DNA of 64,000 nucleotides from the NCBI GenBank assembly GCA_041738235.1, contig JBGSQF010000013.1, positions 321,899-385,898 on the forward strand. The letters run 5' to 3'. This DNA is from Minisyncoccia bacterium (GTDB lineage Bacteria; Patescibacteriota; Minisyncoccia; Moranbacterales; GCA-2747515). Each line of letters opens with the position of its first letter. The first letter of the stretch is position 1. This document shows positions 18,254-29,800 of the stretch, in pieces. Under the pieces are notes generated by a model. That model saw only the letters and a list, made by a program, of their open reading frames with translations. It did not search any database and had not been told where the DNA came from. The position numbers and the translations under genes are program-made.

Positions 18254-20263
18254 CTACACATCGAGGTTTTTCACCGATTTGGCATGCATTTGTATGAATC
18301 GTCTCCGTGGTTCCACATCCTTTCCCATCAGAACATCGAACATCTTTTCCGCCGCCTCCGCATCCTCGATGCATACTTTGTACATTAATCGATTCTCCGG
18401 ATCCATCGTCGTCTCCCAAAGCAGTTCCGGATTCATCTCTCCTAATCCCTTATACCGCTGTATCACTATTGAACCTTTTTGCTCCGTTTTTGCCAAAACA
18501 TTCCCATCGCCCACCTCTTCTTGTGGGGACTCTTCTTGAGATACTTCCTCTACCACAACACCCATCCTTTTGAGAAGCGCATCTTTTTCTTGATCCGTAT
18601 ACACATATGTTGTTTTTTTGCCTCTTTTTATTCCATACAAGGGTGGTTGTGCAATATAGATATATCCCCCACGAACCAGATCCTCAAAGTATCGGTAAAA
18701 GAATGTGAGCAACAATGTTCTAATGTGTGATCCATCGACGTCAGCGTCTGCCATAATGATGATCTTGTGATAACGCAACTTCTCAATATTAAAACTATCT
18801 CCAATGCCGGCTCCCAGAGCGATAATGATCGGTTTGAGCGTATCAGACTTCACCACTTTATCGAGTGTTGTTTTTTCCACATTCACCATCTTTCCTCGAA
18901 GTGGAAGTATCGCTTGATACATACGATCTCGCCCTTGTTTAGCCGACCCACCAGCCGAGTCTCCCTCTACAATATAGAGTTCCGCGTTTTCCGCCTTTCT
19001 CGTCGTACAATCAGCAAGTTTGCCGGGAAGCGTCATCCCTTCCAATACCCCCTTGCGAAGCACAGCGTCTTTTGCGGCTCGCGCGGCAATACGAGCTCGA
19101 ACAGTGAGTAGGCACTTCTCCAAAATAAGTTTTGCATCACTGGGATTTGCTTCCAGATACTCCGCAAGTTCCTTGGATACAACCCCTGCCACAGCCGTTC
19201 TTGCTTCGCTACTGCCCAGCTTTGCCTTTGTCTGACCTTCAAACTGAGGATCGGGAAGTTTAACGCTGACCACCGCCGTCAACCCCTCCGCCAGATCATC
19301 AGAAGTGAACGTTCCTTCTTTCTCTTTCAAGAAGTTGTGCTTCTTTGCATAGTCATTCAGAACACGCGTGAGCGCTGATTTGAATCCCGTAATATGCATA
19401 CCTCCTTCCGGGGTATGAATATTATTCGCAAATGCATACAAATGCTCCTTAAAACTATCCGTATACTGCAACGCTACTTCCACCATTACCTCCCCAGACT
19501 GTTTCTGTATGAATATAGGACGCTTATTTTTCACATCCAAAGAACGGTTGAGATAATCAACAAACGAAATAATCCCGGCGTCAAAATAGAAGGCATACTG
19601 TATCGGAGGTTCCACCTCTCCTGCACGTAGATCCTCCAAGGTGATCCGAACCCCCTTCGTCAAATAAGCTTGCCATCTTGTATAATCCAATATTTTTTTC
19701 CAATTGAACTCGATCTCCGGAAATATCTGAGGATCAGGACGAAAAGATACCTTTGTCCCTGTTTCCTTTGATGTACCGATCGCACGGACATCTTTCTTTG
19801 GTTTTCCTCTTTCATACTCTTGCATCCAAACCTTTCCATCTCTTTGAACCTCAACTTTCGTCCACTCAGAAAGAGCGTTTACCACAGAAACTCCCACGCC
19901 GTGCAACCCCCCCGACATCTTATATCCACCACCACCAAATTTTCCTCCAGCATGGAGGATCGTCAACACGGTTTCCAGTGTCGACTTTTTTGTTTGAGGA
20001 TGCTTCTCTACCGGGATACCGCGACCATTGTCTGCTATTTCGACCGTATTATTAGGAAGCAAGCGAATACGAATAGAATCACAATATCCTGCCATTGCCT
20101 CATCGATCGAGTTATTGACCACCTCCCAGATCAAATGATGAAGCCCTTCAAGCGATGTTCCCCCGATGTACATACCGGGACGCTTCCTCACCGGGTCCAA
20201 TCCTTCTAGGACCTGTATCGATTTGGCTCCATAAGAAGATTTTTCATTTTTCTCTTGTATCAT
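18254..20263 (-). CDS. gyrB: DNA gyrase subunit B
   Basis: VRKRPGMYIG, GGLHGVGVSVVNALS, EGDSAGGSAKQ, DADVDGSHI, RYKGLGEMN. Confidence 0.95.
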   Translation of the reverse strand: MIQEKNEKSSYGAKSIQVLEGLDPVRKRPGMYIGGTSLEGLHHLIWEVVNNSIDEAMAGYCDSIRIRLLPNNTVEIADNGRGIPVEKHPQTKKSTLETVLTILHAGGKFGGGGYKMSGGLHGVGVSVVNALSEWTKVEVQRDGKVWMQEYERGKPKKDVRAIGTSKETGTKVSFRPDPQIFPEIEFNWKKILDYTRWQAYLTKGVRITLEDLRAGEVEPPIQYAFYFDAGIISFVDYLNRSLDVKNKRPIFIQKQSGEVMVEVALQYTDSFKEHLYAFANNIHTPEGGMHITGFKSALTRVLNDYAKKHNFLKEKEGTFTSDDLAEGLTAVVSVKLPDPQFEGQTKAKLGSSEARTAVAGVVSKELAEYLEANPSDAKLILEKCLLTVRARIAARAAKDAVLRKGVLEGMTLPGKLADCTTRKAENAELYIVEGDSAGGSAKQGRDRMYQAILPLRGKMVNVEKTTLDKVVKSDTLKPIIIALGAGIGDSFNIEKLRYHKIIIMADADVDGSHIRTLLLTFFYRYFEDLVRGGYIYIAQPPLYGIKRGKKTTYVYTDQEKDALLKRMGVVVEEVSQEESPQEEVGDGNVLAKTEQKGSIVIQRYKGLGEMNPELLWETTMDPENRLMYKVCIEDAEAAEKMFDVLMGKDVEPRRRFIQMHAKSVKNLDV

Positions 20264-20282
20264 ACGATTTCATTTAACCAAC

Positions 20283-20693
20283 TTATTCTTTCCTCCTCTC
20301 TTTTCCCGCAGAGAGCACAATAAACATTCCTTCCAAAAAAATAAACAACAATCCCAATAAGATCAAGACCCACCACACAAGAACCCGAAAACTCTGCAAT
20401 ATCAACATAACTACTACGAGTCCGCCCAACAATATTCCTTCACGAAAACCTGCTGATATCTTTTCTGATGGCCCCTCCGATCCCATAGACCGCATACGAA
20501 GCCAAAGCAACGCCAAAACACAGATCCCCGAAACGAGAAAGAAGACACTTCCATAGAAAAGGAGCTGCCCAACCAAACCCGATATAGTAGGATCTACCCA
20601 AAATAAAACGGTCGAAAAAACGATAAAAGAAAATATAACCTCCAAAACTATCACCAAAAAAAGCAGTCGGAAGCCCATATGCTCAAATTTCAA
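20283..20693 (-). CDS. 4-TM hypothetical membrane protein
   Basis: Four hydrophobic segments with a GFREG motif. Confidence 0.7.
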   Translation of the reverse strand: MKFEHMGFRLLFLVIVLEVIFSFIVFSTVLFWVDPTISGLVGQLLFYGSVFFLVSGICVLALLWLRMRSMGSEGPSEKISAGFREGILLGGLVVVMLILQSFRVLVWWVLILLGLLFIFLEGMFIVLSAGKERRKE

Positions 20694-20828
20694 AAAAAAC
20701 TATAAGGGTATCATTTAGCACCCCTTTCTCTTCTAATATACTCCTATTTCACCCCCCTGGCAATATGCCGAAAGGACATCCTCAGATGTCCCCGTCCTCA
20801 AAAACGTTCCGTATAAAGCATTTTTCTA

Positions 20829-23348
20829 TCATGGAAACTTTGGAAATGCTGGGGGTGGCGAGGGAGCATTTGCCCGATTAAGACGATCTTCTATCTCTTT
20901 TTTTACAACATCCTTGTCTCGACCATAGCGCAAGCGAGACAATTCTTTTACTATCTCCACCTGTTCAGGTCGACCCTCTTTTGGTATATAGGTTTTCATA
21001 TTAAAAGGTTTTGTAGATTCATTGTTCATAAGTGCTCGCACAAAACAACTGTAATTATCAGCGTTCACCAGATCGTTGGCGGTAAATATCGGTTCAAATT
21101 GCTTTTCCAAGAATTCTGCATCTTCTGGTCCCACGCGAAATGCCGCCATTGATCCCACGTTCCCAAAGACCGCTTTAGAAATTTCCTCAGAAAGTTGTCC
21201 AATGAATTGATGTGCGATCGTCAGGTCCAAACGATACTTTCTCGCTTCTGAGAGGATCTGTGAAATAGAATCGGTTGTCACATTCTGAAACTCATCAATG
21301 TACAAATAAAAGTCACGACGTGTTGCCTCCGGCATATCTACACGCGACAATGCTGCCATCAACAATTTTCCGACTATCACCATACCAAGCAGATAACTGT
21401 TTGTTTCACCGATCTTTCCCTTGGAGAGATTGATAAGCAAGATCTTTCCTTCGTCCATAACCTTCCGAAAATCGATCGTGCTGACTTGCTGCGAAATGAT
21501 AGGTCGCATCATATCGTTAGCGATAAATTGCGTAAGTTTTGAAGTGATATAGGGTACCATATTGGCAAGCGATGCCTCTCCCCCAGCCTTCTCGGCCTCC
21601 TTCTGCCAAAAGTCCTTTACAATAGGATTCCCACACTTTGTAAGTTTATAACGACGAAATTGGTCGTCGGCGAGCACCTTTGGGATCTCCATTAACGTCG
21701 ACCCCGATTCCGGATCTTCCATAACCAAGAGCATGGCATTTCGCATATATTGCTCAAACATCGGACCCCCCGTTTGTTTGAGATCGTACAGCTTGTCAAA
21801 GATATTGATCATCTCATTGATCACGAAAGTTTTCTCCTCCGGACGATGGTACTCGAGCATATTAAGCCCAAAGGGGCGTTCAATGTCCGAGGGATCAAAA
21901 TGTACAACATCTTCCAAACGTTCTGCGGGGATCGATGCAAGGAGTGACTCAATGGCATCCCCGTGCGGATCGATAAAACACATTCCTTTACCATTGGCGA
22001 TATCCTGTTTTGCCAAACCCTCAAGAAAAACAGATTTACCAACACCTGTCTGTCCGATCACATACAAGTGTCGCCGTCGGTCTGAGTCGGAAAGGCGAAT
22101 ATCCGTCTTTGTGCCACGATAATCATTAAAGCCAAGTGCAAGCCCTTCTTTTGGAATGTTGGTAGGAGGAGGAGCAGCACCTGCCTTAAGCCATTTGATC
22201 TTTGGCGTTTGCGTCGTGGATATAGGAAAGTGAAACATACCCGCCAACTCTTCCACGCCCAAAACAACACTATTCCCCTTATTGAAAGTCCTCATTATAT
22301 AGTCAAACACTACGGCTTTCTTTTGGATCCTCTTTTTGACAACGAGATAATTAATATCAGCACGCTCAAACTGCCCAAAGGCATTTTCCATCTGTCCGAG
22401 TATTTGATCCGCCCGTTGGCGAGTCTTCGCCGAGGCAAGAAGACGAATATTCACAAAAAAAGCTCCTTTTCTCGTTTTTTGCTCAATGGCTTTTACAAGT
22501 TCCTGCTCATCAGGGGTCAACTGTATCGGATCCTTTTCCGACGGCATTTTTCGCTCTTGATCCTTACGCTTTCCTCCACCAGAGGCAACCACATCCAAAA
22601 AACCCTTACCCACCCCACCTGCAACATCTTTAATGATCGATTTACGAACATCCTTGAGCTGTTTTCCCTGTTGCATCTTATGAGCGATATTTCTCCCGGT
22701 ACTTCGCCATCCATCCCCTGCCGGCACGAGAAGGAATTGAATAGCCGCCCCTTCCTCTATCGTCTCAAGTCGACTAAGCGCATTACTGATCTCATTCATC
22801 GGATCGACGTCCATCTCCTCGTACGTCAGTAGCGGCAACGCAGATGAACCCTTGAGCGTGAGAGCAGAAACAGCGTGTTCGGAATCTGAGGTAAAGATCG
22901 TATAGTCGGAAGTTTGTTCGATAAGCGCATCTGGAAAAAAACTGTGGATCTGCTTCTCTATCGCCTCGCGGTATCGCCTTGGAAAAGAAACATAAAAAAA
23001 TATCTCCTCACTATTCGACGGATTCGCCATTTCCAGAGAGAACGTTGCGTCCCCCATTGGATTTCCAAACATAGAATGGCGTTTCTTTAGCCCTGCGAGC
23101 GAAGCGAGTAGTTGTTCCATTGCTCCTATTTCTTCTTTCCACTGTTCAGGATTGCCTCCAGTCTCCCCCTGTTTCTTGCCCCCTCCAAGAGTAACTCGAA
23201 CGACCTCCAGATCCATATTCAAAGACGCCTGTACCTTTCGACGAAAGACCACGATAGATTGAAAAAGAAAAACACCGCCACTTATAAATGCTGCTATCCC
23301 AGCAATAAGTATCAGTGAAAGAAACAAAAGCTGAATTGGATCTGTCAT
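20829..23348 (-). CDS. VirD4/TrwB/HerA-family P-loop ATPase (T4SS coupling-protein-like) with N-terminal TM
   Basis: DRRRHLYVIGQTGVGKS (Walker A), IDPHGD, YIDEFQN (Walker B), LSEARKY, AHQFIGQL. Confidence 0.88.
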   Translation of the reverse strand: MTDPIQLLFLSLILIAGIAAFISGGVFLFQSIVVFRRKVQASLNMDLEVVRVTLGGGKKQGETGGNPEQWKEEIGAMEQLLASLAGLKKRHSMFGNPMGDATFSLEMANPSNSEEIFFYVSFPRRYREAIEKQIHSFFPDALIEQTSDYTIFTSDSEHAVSALTLKGSSALPLLTYEEMDVDPMNEISNALSRLETIEEGAAIQFLLVPAGDGWRSTGRNIAHKMQQGKQLKDVRKSIIKDVAGGVGKGFLDVVASGGGKRKDQERKMPSEKDPIQLTPDEQELVKAIEQKTRKGAFFVNIRLLASAKTRQRADQILGQMENAFGQFERADINYLVVKKRIQKKAVVFDYIMRTFNKGNSVVLGVEELAGMFHFPISTTQTPKIKWLKAGAAPPPTNIPKEGLALGFNDYRGTKTDIRLSDSDRRRHLYVIGQTGVGKSVFLEGLAKQDIANGKGMCFIDPHGDAIESLLASIPAERLEDVVHFDPSDIERPFGLNMLEYHRPEEKTFVINEMINIFDKLYDLKQTGGPMFEQYMRNAMLLVMEDPESGSTLMEIPKVLADDQFRRYKLTKCGNPIVKDFWQKEAEKAGGEASLANMVPYITSKLTQFIANDMMRPIISQQVSTIDFRKVMDEGKILLINLSKGKIGETNSYLLGMVIVGKLLMAALSRVDMPEATRRDFYLYIDEFQNVTTDSISQILSEARKYRLDLTIAHQFIGQLSEEISKAVFGNVGSMAAFRVGPEDAEFLEKQFEPIFTANDLVNADNYSCFVRALMNNESTKPFNMKTYIPKEGRPEQVEIVKELSRLRYGRDKDVVKKEIEDRLNRANAPSPPPAFPKFP

Positions 23349-23389
23349 AGATAGAAAAACTCAATAAAGATAAAAAGGGGGAATAACAT

Positions 23390-23824
23390 CTAACCTTCCT
23401 CTTTTAGCAATCCTTTCGAAACCAGTTCCTGATACAGTTTATGCGATAATTGATCGTGTAACATATCCAAAGCATACATATCATCCAGCTCGATCGCCAC
23501 CTTAAAAGCATGTTCCGGACCCTTCTCCATAGCAATATTCACCAACTTTTGGATGCGCGTCTCCTCATCCACAGAAGAGACACTCGACACATCATTACTC
23601 ACCGAAGAGTGGATTTGTCCCGAAGAACTTTGTGCTTGCGATCTTACACGCTCCAAAACCTTTTCATACGAATTCTCCTTCGCCACTTCCGGAGCTTGCT
23701 CTAAAACACTTTCAGGTGAGCGGTCTCGCTCCGCAACACCCGCTGACCCACCTTCTAGATCGACAGGTGCTTCCTGAGTAGCACCCCTCTCTTCTTCGAT
23801 CGGCTCAAGATTATATACAGCCAT
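23390..23824 (-). CDS. Hypothetical protein, probably co-transcribed with the ATPase
   Basis: Acidic N-terminus, helical C-terminal LVNIAMEKG..A...A...DD.YALD.LHD. Confidence 0.7.
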   Translation of the reverse strand: MAVYNLEPIEEERGATQEAPVDLEGGSAGVAERDRSPESVLEQAPEVAKENSYEKVLERVRSQAQSSSGQIHSSVSNDVSSVSSVDEETRIQKLVNIAMEKGPEHAFKVAIELDDMYALDMLHDQLSHKLYQELVSKGLLKEEG

Positions 23825-23856
23825 ACATAAGAACGTTATCTAATTAACACCCACGA

Positions 23857-25560
23857 CTACCCCTTACCAACCACACTTAGTACCCATTCCAACTTTCCCT
23901 TTCCTGCGCGATGTACTGCTATTGTCAGCCAACGAGCAGCATCCTCCCTATTTTTTGCATTCCACATTTCGGCAAATTTCTTTCCTTCGATCTTGAGTCC
24001 AACTCCATAGCTTTTTGCAGCCAAAATATATCGTCCCCAACGCAGTTGTCGCGTTCGATCCTTTTCAGCTTCGCTCATCTTTTCTTCATGCATTATGCTA
24101 CCCCCCAAATACGCCATCATCTTTTCTTGAGCTGCAATAAGTTTCTGCTGCTCACCAGGCGACACCGTTTCTAAGTAGGTCTCCCAATACGCCTTTGGGT
24201 CCCCCTTCATCACCTTAGAAAACTCCTCTCCCTTCCATTGAGCCTTCTTTGAAGGCGCTTCTGACATCGCGCTCTTACTTGCAGGAGTGGCCACAACCTC
24301 TTTGCTCACAGTGTCAGATACCGGTTCTGCTTCACCTGTTTTTCCGTCCCATCCCAATTTTTTGGATATCCCATCAAGTACATCTTGTCCATCAGCCAAA
24401 ATATCCTCCGTACTTTGTATATCTATCGTATCCTGCAGGTCATTCAGGTATCGATCTTCAATTGCCTCGACAGCCTTCTTTTCTTCCTTTTTTCCTTTTT
24501 CCATAAAATCTTTCTCATCCTCCTCTGCCTCTTCCCAGGCGATCTCCAGTTCTTGAGCCTTATCGCGTAGACTGTCATAACTCACCTGAGCAGCATTGAT
24601 CTCCTCCTTGAAAGCACCAAGGTCTACACCTTCATACTCGACACGACCGACTGAAGCCGCTATAGCCTTGGGAAACAACCGCTTGATCCTCGCAAAAAAA
24701 CCATCTCTTTTTTTGATCAAATTTTGCAGTGCTTGTTCCGCTTCACCGGCTTTTTCCCTTGCTGCCTCCCATTCTTCCTTTGCTGCCACGGTCTTACGTT
24801 GAAACTCCATAAACTGCTCTTGTTTCCCCTGAACGCCCTCCTCCGCCTCCTTCGCCACATGGTCGGAAACATGTTCACCACCTTCTTCTACCGATCCCTG
24901 CACTAGAACTGGCCCCTTTTGGTTTTGCAGCTCTCGTATTCTGTCTTCACTACTTAAAACGATATTTTCGATCCCCTGACCTTTTTTACTATCAACTCCC
25001 TGCTGCACCTGCTTATTCAACTCATCAATTCTTCTCTTGAGCGCCTCGATCTCTTCTTGTGGGGAAGGTTGAACAACAGCTGACCCCAACTCCTCATCAG
25101 CATCAACTGTCATATCTGGATCAGAGTTTACCGAAGACGCGCTCTGTTCCGCTTCCACAGGTGGGTCGGATTCGATCGCACCCGTCTCCGCGTCCTTTTT
25201 ATCTTCAGGAGGAGTAACTTCCGGATATATCTGAAACTTTTCTTCCACTTCGTTGAGAAAAAATGGAATAGGCTGTGTTTTGATTCCACTCGCTTTTATA
25301 GTAACGATCCCCCCCACATTTTTGTTGCGAAGCGAGGTCCAACGGATCGACCTTATCGCGCAGGGAGTTCCATTATATATGAACTGCAATCGACCAGACC
25401 GCATCAAGTCCTCAACAGAACCAACTTTTTCGACCGAATCTCCTTTCGCAACCCCACGCAGTCTAGCCAGGATCTTTTGTTCAAAAACATCCCTGGCTTC
25501 GGTGATCTTTGGGTCTTCTTTCTTAACTGAATCTGCGGGATCAGTTCTCCTTCTCGACAT
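23857..25560 (-). CDS. Acidic coiled-coil hypothetical protein (567 aa)
   Basis: Long E/K-rich ORF. Confidence 0.7.
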   Translation of the reverse strand: MSRRRTDPADSVKKEDPKITEARDVFEQKILARLRGVAKGDSVEKVGSVEDLMRSGRLQFIYNGTPCAIRSIRWTSLRNKNVGGIVTIKASGIKTQPIPFFLNEVEEKFQIYPEVTPPEDKKDAETGAIESDPPVEAEQSASSVNSDPDMTVDADEELGSAVVQPSPQEEIEALKRRIDELNKQVQQGVDSKKGQGIENIVLSSEDRIRELQNQKGPVLVQGSVEEGGEHVSDHVAKEAEEGVQGKQEQFMEFQRKTVAAKEEWEAAREKAGEAEQALQNLIKKRDGFFARIKRLFPKAIAASVGRVEYEGVDLGAFKEEINAAQVSYDSLRDKAQELEIAWEEAEEDEKDFMEKGKKEEKKAVEAIEDRYLNDLQDTIDIQSTEDILADGQDVLDGISKKLGWDGKTGEAEPVSDTVSKEVVATPASKSAMSEAPSKKAQWKGEEFSKVMKGDPKAYWETYLETVSPGEQQKLIAAQEKMMAYLGGSIMHEEKMSEAEKDRTRQLRWGRYILAAKSYGVGLKIEGKKFAEMWNAKNREDAARWLTIAVHRAGKGKLEWVLSVVGKG

Positions 25561-25728
25561 ATCTTTTTATTTTACAAAATGTAATTGAAGTATACCATAG
25601 ATCACGCTCTGTGCACAGAATACCCGTCCCCAAACCCTTTGAAGAAATTACTCTCTACAACTTGCTCTTAACATACATATATGTTACCATTCCCAGTCCC
25701 CTAAAAATATTTATAATACCCCTATTAT

Positions 25729-26808
25729 ATGAAAAAATATCTCATTATCGGCATTACTTTGATCATCGTCGTTGTGGTTGTCTTTTTTGGATTTCAAACC
25801 AGAAAGAATTCCGAACTGCAAACATCGGAAGATGCACCCACCGCAAGTCCACTATCAGTTCAAACGCTCTCATTCGCCAAAGCAAAAACATCTTCCTCAG
25901 AGCGGTCATTCCCCACAACTATAACCATGGAAGGAGAGGCAACGATCATCGCTGAGGTTCCCGGAACGATCATCGCTGATACTGTTTCTCTTGGATCTCG
26001 AGTTGGCGTGGGACAAACTCTCTATAAGATCGATGAGCGTGGAGGATCGATATACTCCGAAACAGGTTTCGAGAGCACGGCTCTTTTACAAGCTAAACTT
26101 GCTCTTAAAAATGCTGAGGAGTCTTACGGTCAAGCCAAACGTGATTACGAAAAAAATGAGAGTCAGGCAATGAAGACTGCACGCGACATCCAAAAAAACC
26201 TCCGCGACATTGCTCTATCCAATTACAACGCTCTACTCGATAAATACACTATAAAAAGCCCTCTCTCCGGTACCGTAACTATGGAATCTGCTGCTCTCGG
26301 GGACAGTGTCACTCCTGGAACAGTCCTAGCAACCATAGGCGCTGGAAAAAAGATCGCTCGTTTTTACGTCCCTGCAAATGATCTTTCTCTTTTCTCTACT
26401 GGACAACCGGTATCTCTCCTCGCCAACAATACTTCGATCCCTGGATCTATTCGCCGAATCTCTCCTATTGCCGACGACGCCAGCAAGCGTTTTCTTATTG
26501 AAGCTGTCAGCACAGATAAAACTTTCCAAACGCTTCCCTCCGGAACGATCGCAACACTTGCCATTACGCTCACACGATCTGCTCAGAAAGACGCCGTACT
26601 CATTCCCCTTTCAGCTCTCCTTCAAGAGCAGAACGGGAGTTTTGTCTTTGTGGTAGAAGATGGCCACGCCAAACGCCAAGAAGTCGATATCAACGCCATA
26701 TACGGAGAAACAGTAGAAATATCTGGGGACTTCAACACAGATACACAATTCATAGTGACCAATGCCAAACGACTTTCCGACGGAACAGCCGTTGCTATTG
26801 AAAAATAA
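25729..26808 (+). CDS. RND efflux membrane fusion protein
   Basis: N-terminal TM, lipoyl-like GSRVGVGQTLY, IKSPLSG, IPLSAL. Confidence 0.88.
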   Translation: MKKYLIIGITLIIVVVVVFFGFQTRKNSELQTSEDAPTASPLSVQTLSFAKAKTSSSERSFPTTITMEGEATIIAEVPGTIIADTVSLGSRVGVGQTLYKIDERGGSIYSETGFESTALLQAKLALKNAEESYGQAKRDYEKNESQAMKTARDIQKNLRDIALSNYNALLDKYTIKSPLSGTVTMESAALGDSVTPGTVLATIGAGKKIARFYVPANDLSLFSTGQPVSLLANNTSIPGSIRRISPIADDASKRFLIEAVSTDKTFQTLPSGTIATLAITLTRSAQKDAVLIPLSALLQEQNGSFVFVVEDGHAKRQEVDINAIYGETVEISGDFNTDTQFIVTNAKRLSDGTAVAIEK

Positions 26809-26827
26809 ACATACCCTATAACAGCCT

Positions 26828-29800
26828 ATGCAAGAAAAAGATCTCACCTCATCATCCAAATACTTTTCTCAACTTTCCTTCGATCCAAAACTCCGAAAAG
26901 GTTTTTTCCATTTCTTTGTATCACGTCCACGTATCGTGATCCTAATGATCATTCTTCTCACGGGCTGGGGATCCTACGCTTATCTGACACTCCCGAGAGA
27001 ATCCAGTCCAGAGGTAAAAATCCCTGTAGCGATCGTATCTGTAGTTTTCCCTGGAGCCTCTCCAAATGATGTAGAGGAACTCGTGACCAAGAAAGTTGAA
27101 ACGGAACTCTCCTCTCTCAAGGGGGTCGACAAAATTCAGTCCTCTTCTTCCAACTCCCTCTCCATAACCACGGTCAATTTTAGTGCGAGTGAAAATCTCG
27201 AAAATGCCATTCGCAGTGTTCGTGATTCCGTCGATAACATCAGATCAAAACTTCCCGACCAAGCAAATGACCCGGTCGTTTCAGAAGTGTCCTTCAGCGA
27301 TCAACCGATCCTTACCCTTTCTCTTACTGGACCCTATGATGGTACGACACTCTATACCTATGCCGAAACGCTCAAAAAAGAACTCGAGAAAGTTTCCGGG
27401 GTCCGCGAAGTGATCCTTTCAGGAGGTGAGCAAACGGAATTTTCCATAAATTACATTCCTGAAAAGATCTCTTTTTACGGTATCTCACCCGCGGTAGCCA
27501 ATCAGGCAGTCACTGCTCGAAATACCTCCATTCCGGGAGGAAATTATGATGGACAATCCTTTTCCTATCCAATACGTTCCGATGCCCGATTCTTCGACGC
27601 CAAGGCACTCGGCGAAACACCCATTCTCACTACTAAAGATGGTGCCGTAGTACTCCTACGGGACATCGCCACCATTTCTGAAAGTCCGATCCCTCGTACG
27701 ACCGCTTCACGATTTTCCTTAAATGGTTCAGTACCCGAAAATGCTGTTACGCTCGATATCAAAAAGAAGACTGGAGGATCGGTACTGGATATTGTAGAAA
27801 ACGCAAAAAAAAGAGCAACAGAACTTACTCCCTCCTTTGGCGAAGGTATCAAGATCGAGACCACCGTGGATTTCTCAGAACAGATCCGTGAAGACTTTGA
27901 TCAACTAGGGAAAGACTTTGCCATTACCGTTCTTTTGGTGGTGGGTACGCTCTTCCTTATAGTGGGTCTCAAAGAAGCCTTCATCGCGGGACTAGCAATA
28001 CCCATGGTGTTCTTCTCGACCTTTGGGGTCATGATGGCCACGGGTACATCACTCAACTTTCTTTCTCTCTTTTCACTCATCCTATCCCTTGGGCTTCTAG
28101 TAGACGACGCTATCGTAGTAGTGTCGGCCACCAAGCAATATCTGCGAAGCGGAAAATTCACTCCTGAAGAGGCGATCCTTTTGGTCCTCCGTGACTTCAA
28201 GATCGTACTCCTTACCACCACACTCGCCACTACGTTCGCCTTCCTTCCTCTTCTCTTGGCAAGTGGAATCATCGGAGAATTCATCAAATCGATCCCTATC
28301 ACCGTTTCTGTGACCCTCATCTCTTCACTGATCATAGCGCTCATTATCAATAACCCCCTTGCGGCCGCATTGGAACGAATACGTTTCACGAGAGCTTTCC
28401 TCTGGATAACGATCGCTATACTTATTCTCTTCTCCTGGACCTCTCTTGCATGGATCCCTGGCATCGCCGGATATTTCGGAGCCTCACTGGCGCTGGCTGG
28501 CATCGTGTCCCTGCTTTTTTTCCGATTCTCCAAAAAAGGAGAGTCTACACTCAACACCAACGAGCGTCTACTTCAAGAGGAACGCCGAAGTGACGAGCTC
28601 ATAAAGAAGCGTCTTCAGACTAGCACTATTGATCATCCTGACTTCTTTCATCGACTCCTCCATGGCATCGTCGGATTTGAAAGAATTATCCCGGTCTACG
28701 GTCGAGCTCTCAACTACGTTCTCGCCTCCAAAAAACATCGGGTTATAACACTGATCGCGACAGTGCTTCTTTTTCTTGCTACGCTTACCCTTCCTGTTCT
28801 CGGCATCGTCAAAACGGAGTTTTTTCCTTCAACGGACAGTAACCTGCTCTTCATCAATGTCACCGCATCATCAGGACTCAAGCTTGACGAAACAGACAGG
28901 CTCACTATGCGTGTTGAAGAAAAACTTCGCAACTACAAAGAGATAGAAAGTTTCTCTACCATTGTAGGACGCGCCGGAATATCCACCAATGGTCCGGGAG
29001 GCTCTGCCGGAGATTCATCAAATCTTGCCGGGATCACCGTTCGGCTGGTAGATAAAAAGGATCGCACGACTCCTTCGTACGACCTTGCCACAAAGATCCG
29101 TAATGACCTCGCAACGATAAACGATGCTGATATCACCGTCGAAGCGGAGCAAGGTGGCCCTCCTGCCGGTGCCGCCTTTGAAGCGCGTATCACCGGAGAT
29201 GACCTCCGCGTTCTCTCCGCGACGGCCGATGATCTTAAAAAGATCCTCGAAACGATCCCCGGTGTCGTAGGGGCCGATATTTCCCTCAAGGAAGCCCCTG
29301 CAGAATACACGTTCACGCTCGATCCCGATCGAGTAGCCCTTTATGGACTCGACGCTACTTCGGTCGGATCCACATTGCGCATGGCCATTTCCGGCGTAGA
29401 GATCTCAACAGTCCTCCGAGACAACAAAGAATATTCCGTTGTCGCACGATTTGATAAACAATATATTTCCACACTTGAATCAGTTCAAAATCTTGAAATA
29501 ATAAATAGAAATGGGACCCCCGTATTTCTCAAGGACGTTGCCAAGATCGAGCTCAAGCCCTCGGTAAATTCCATCGCGCGTACCGATGAACAGCGCGTTG
29601 TCACATTGGCCGCCGGTGTTGAAGGAAAAACCAACCCACAAGATATTCTCAAAGCCTTCCAGGAAAAGGTTGCGAAAGAGTATACCCTCCCCGAAGGGTA
29701 CAGCATCGGCTATGGTGGTCAAAACGAGGAAAATGCCAAGTCGGTGCAATCGATCCTCCAGGCGATGATAATTGCTGCGGCACTTATCATTACCGTACTT

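Noticed and set aside
20095-20130. GyrB EVVNNSIDE (Asn in place of the usual Asp) as inactivation
   Set aside because: The catalytic Glu and Mg-binding Asn are retained and all other motifs are intact
20775-20792. GGACATC-ctca-GATGTCC palindrome as a REP element
   Set aside because: Only one copy is seen and no associated transposase is in the window
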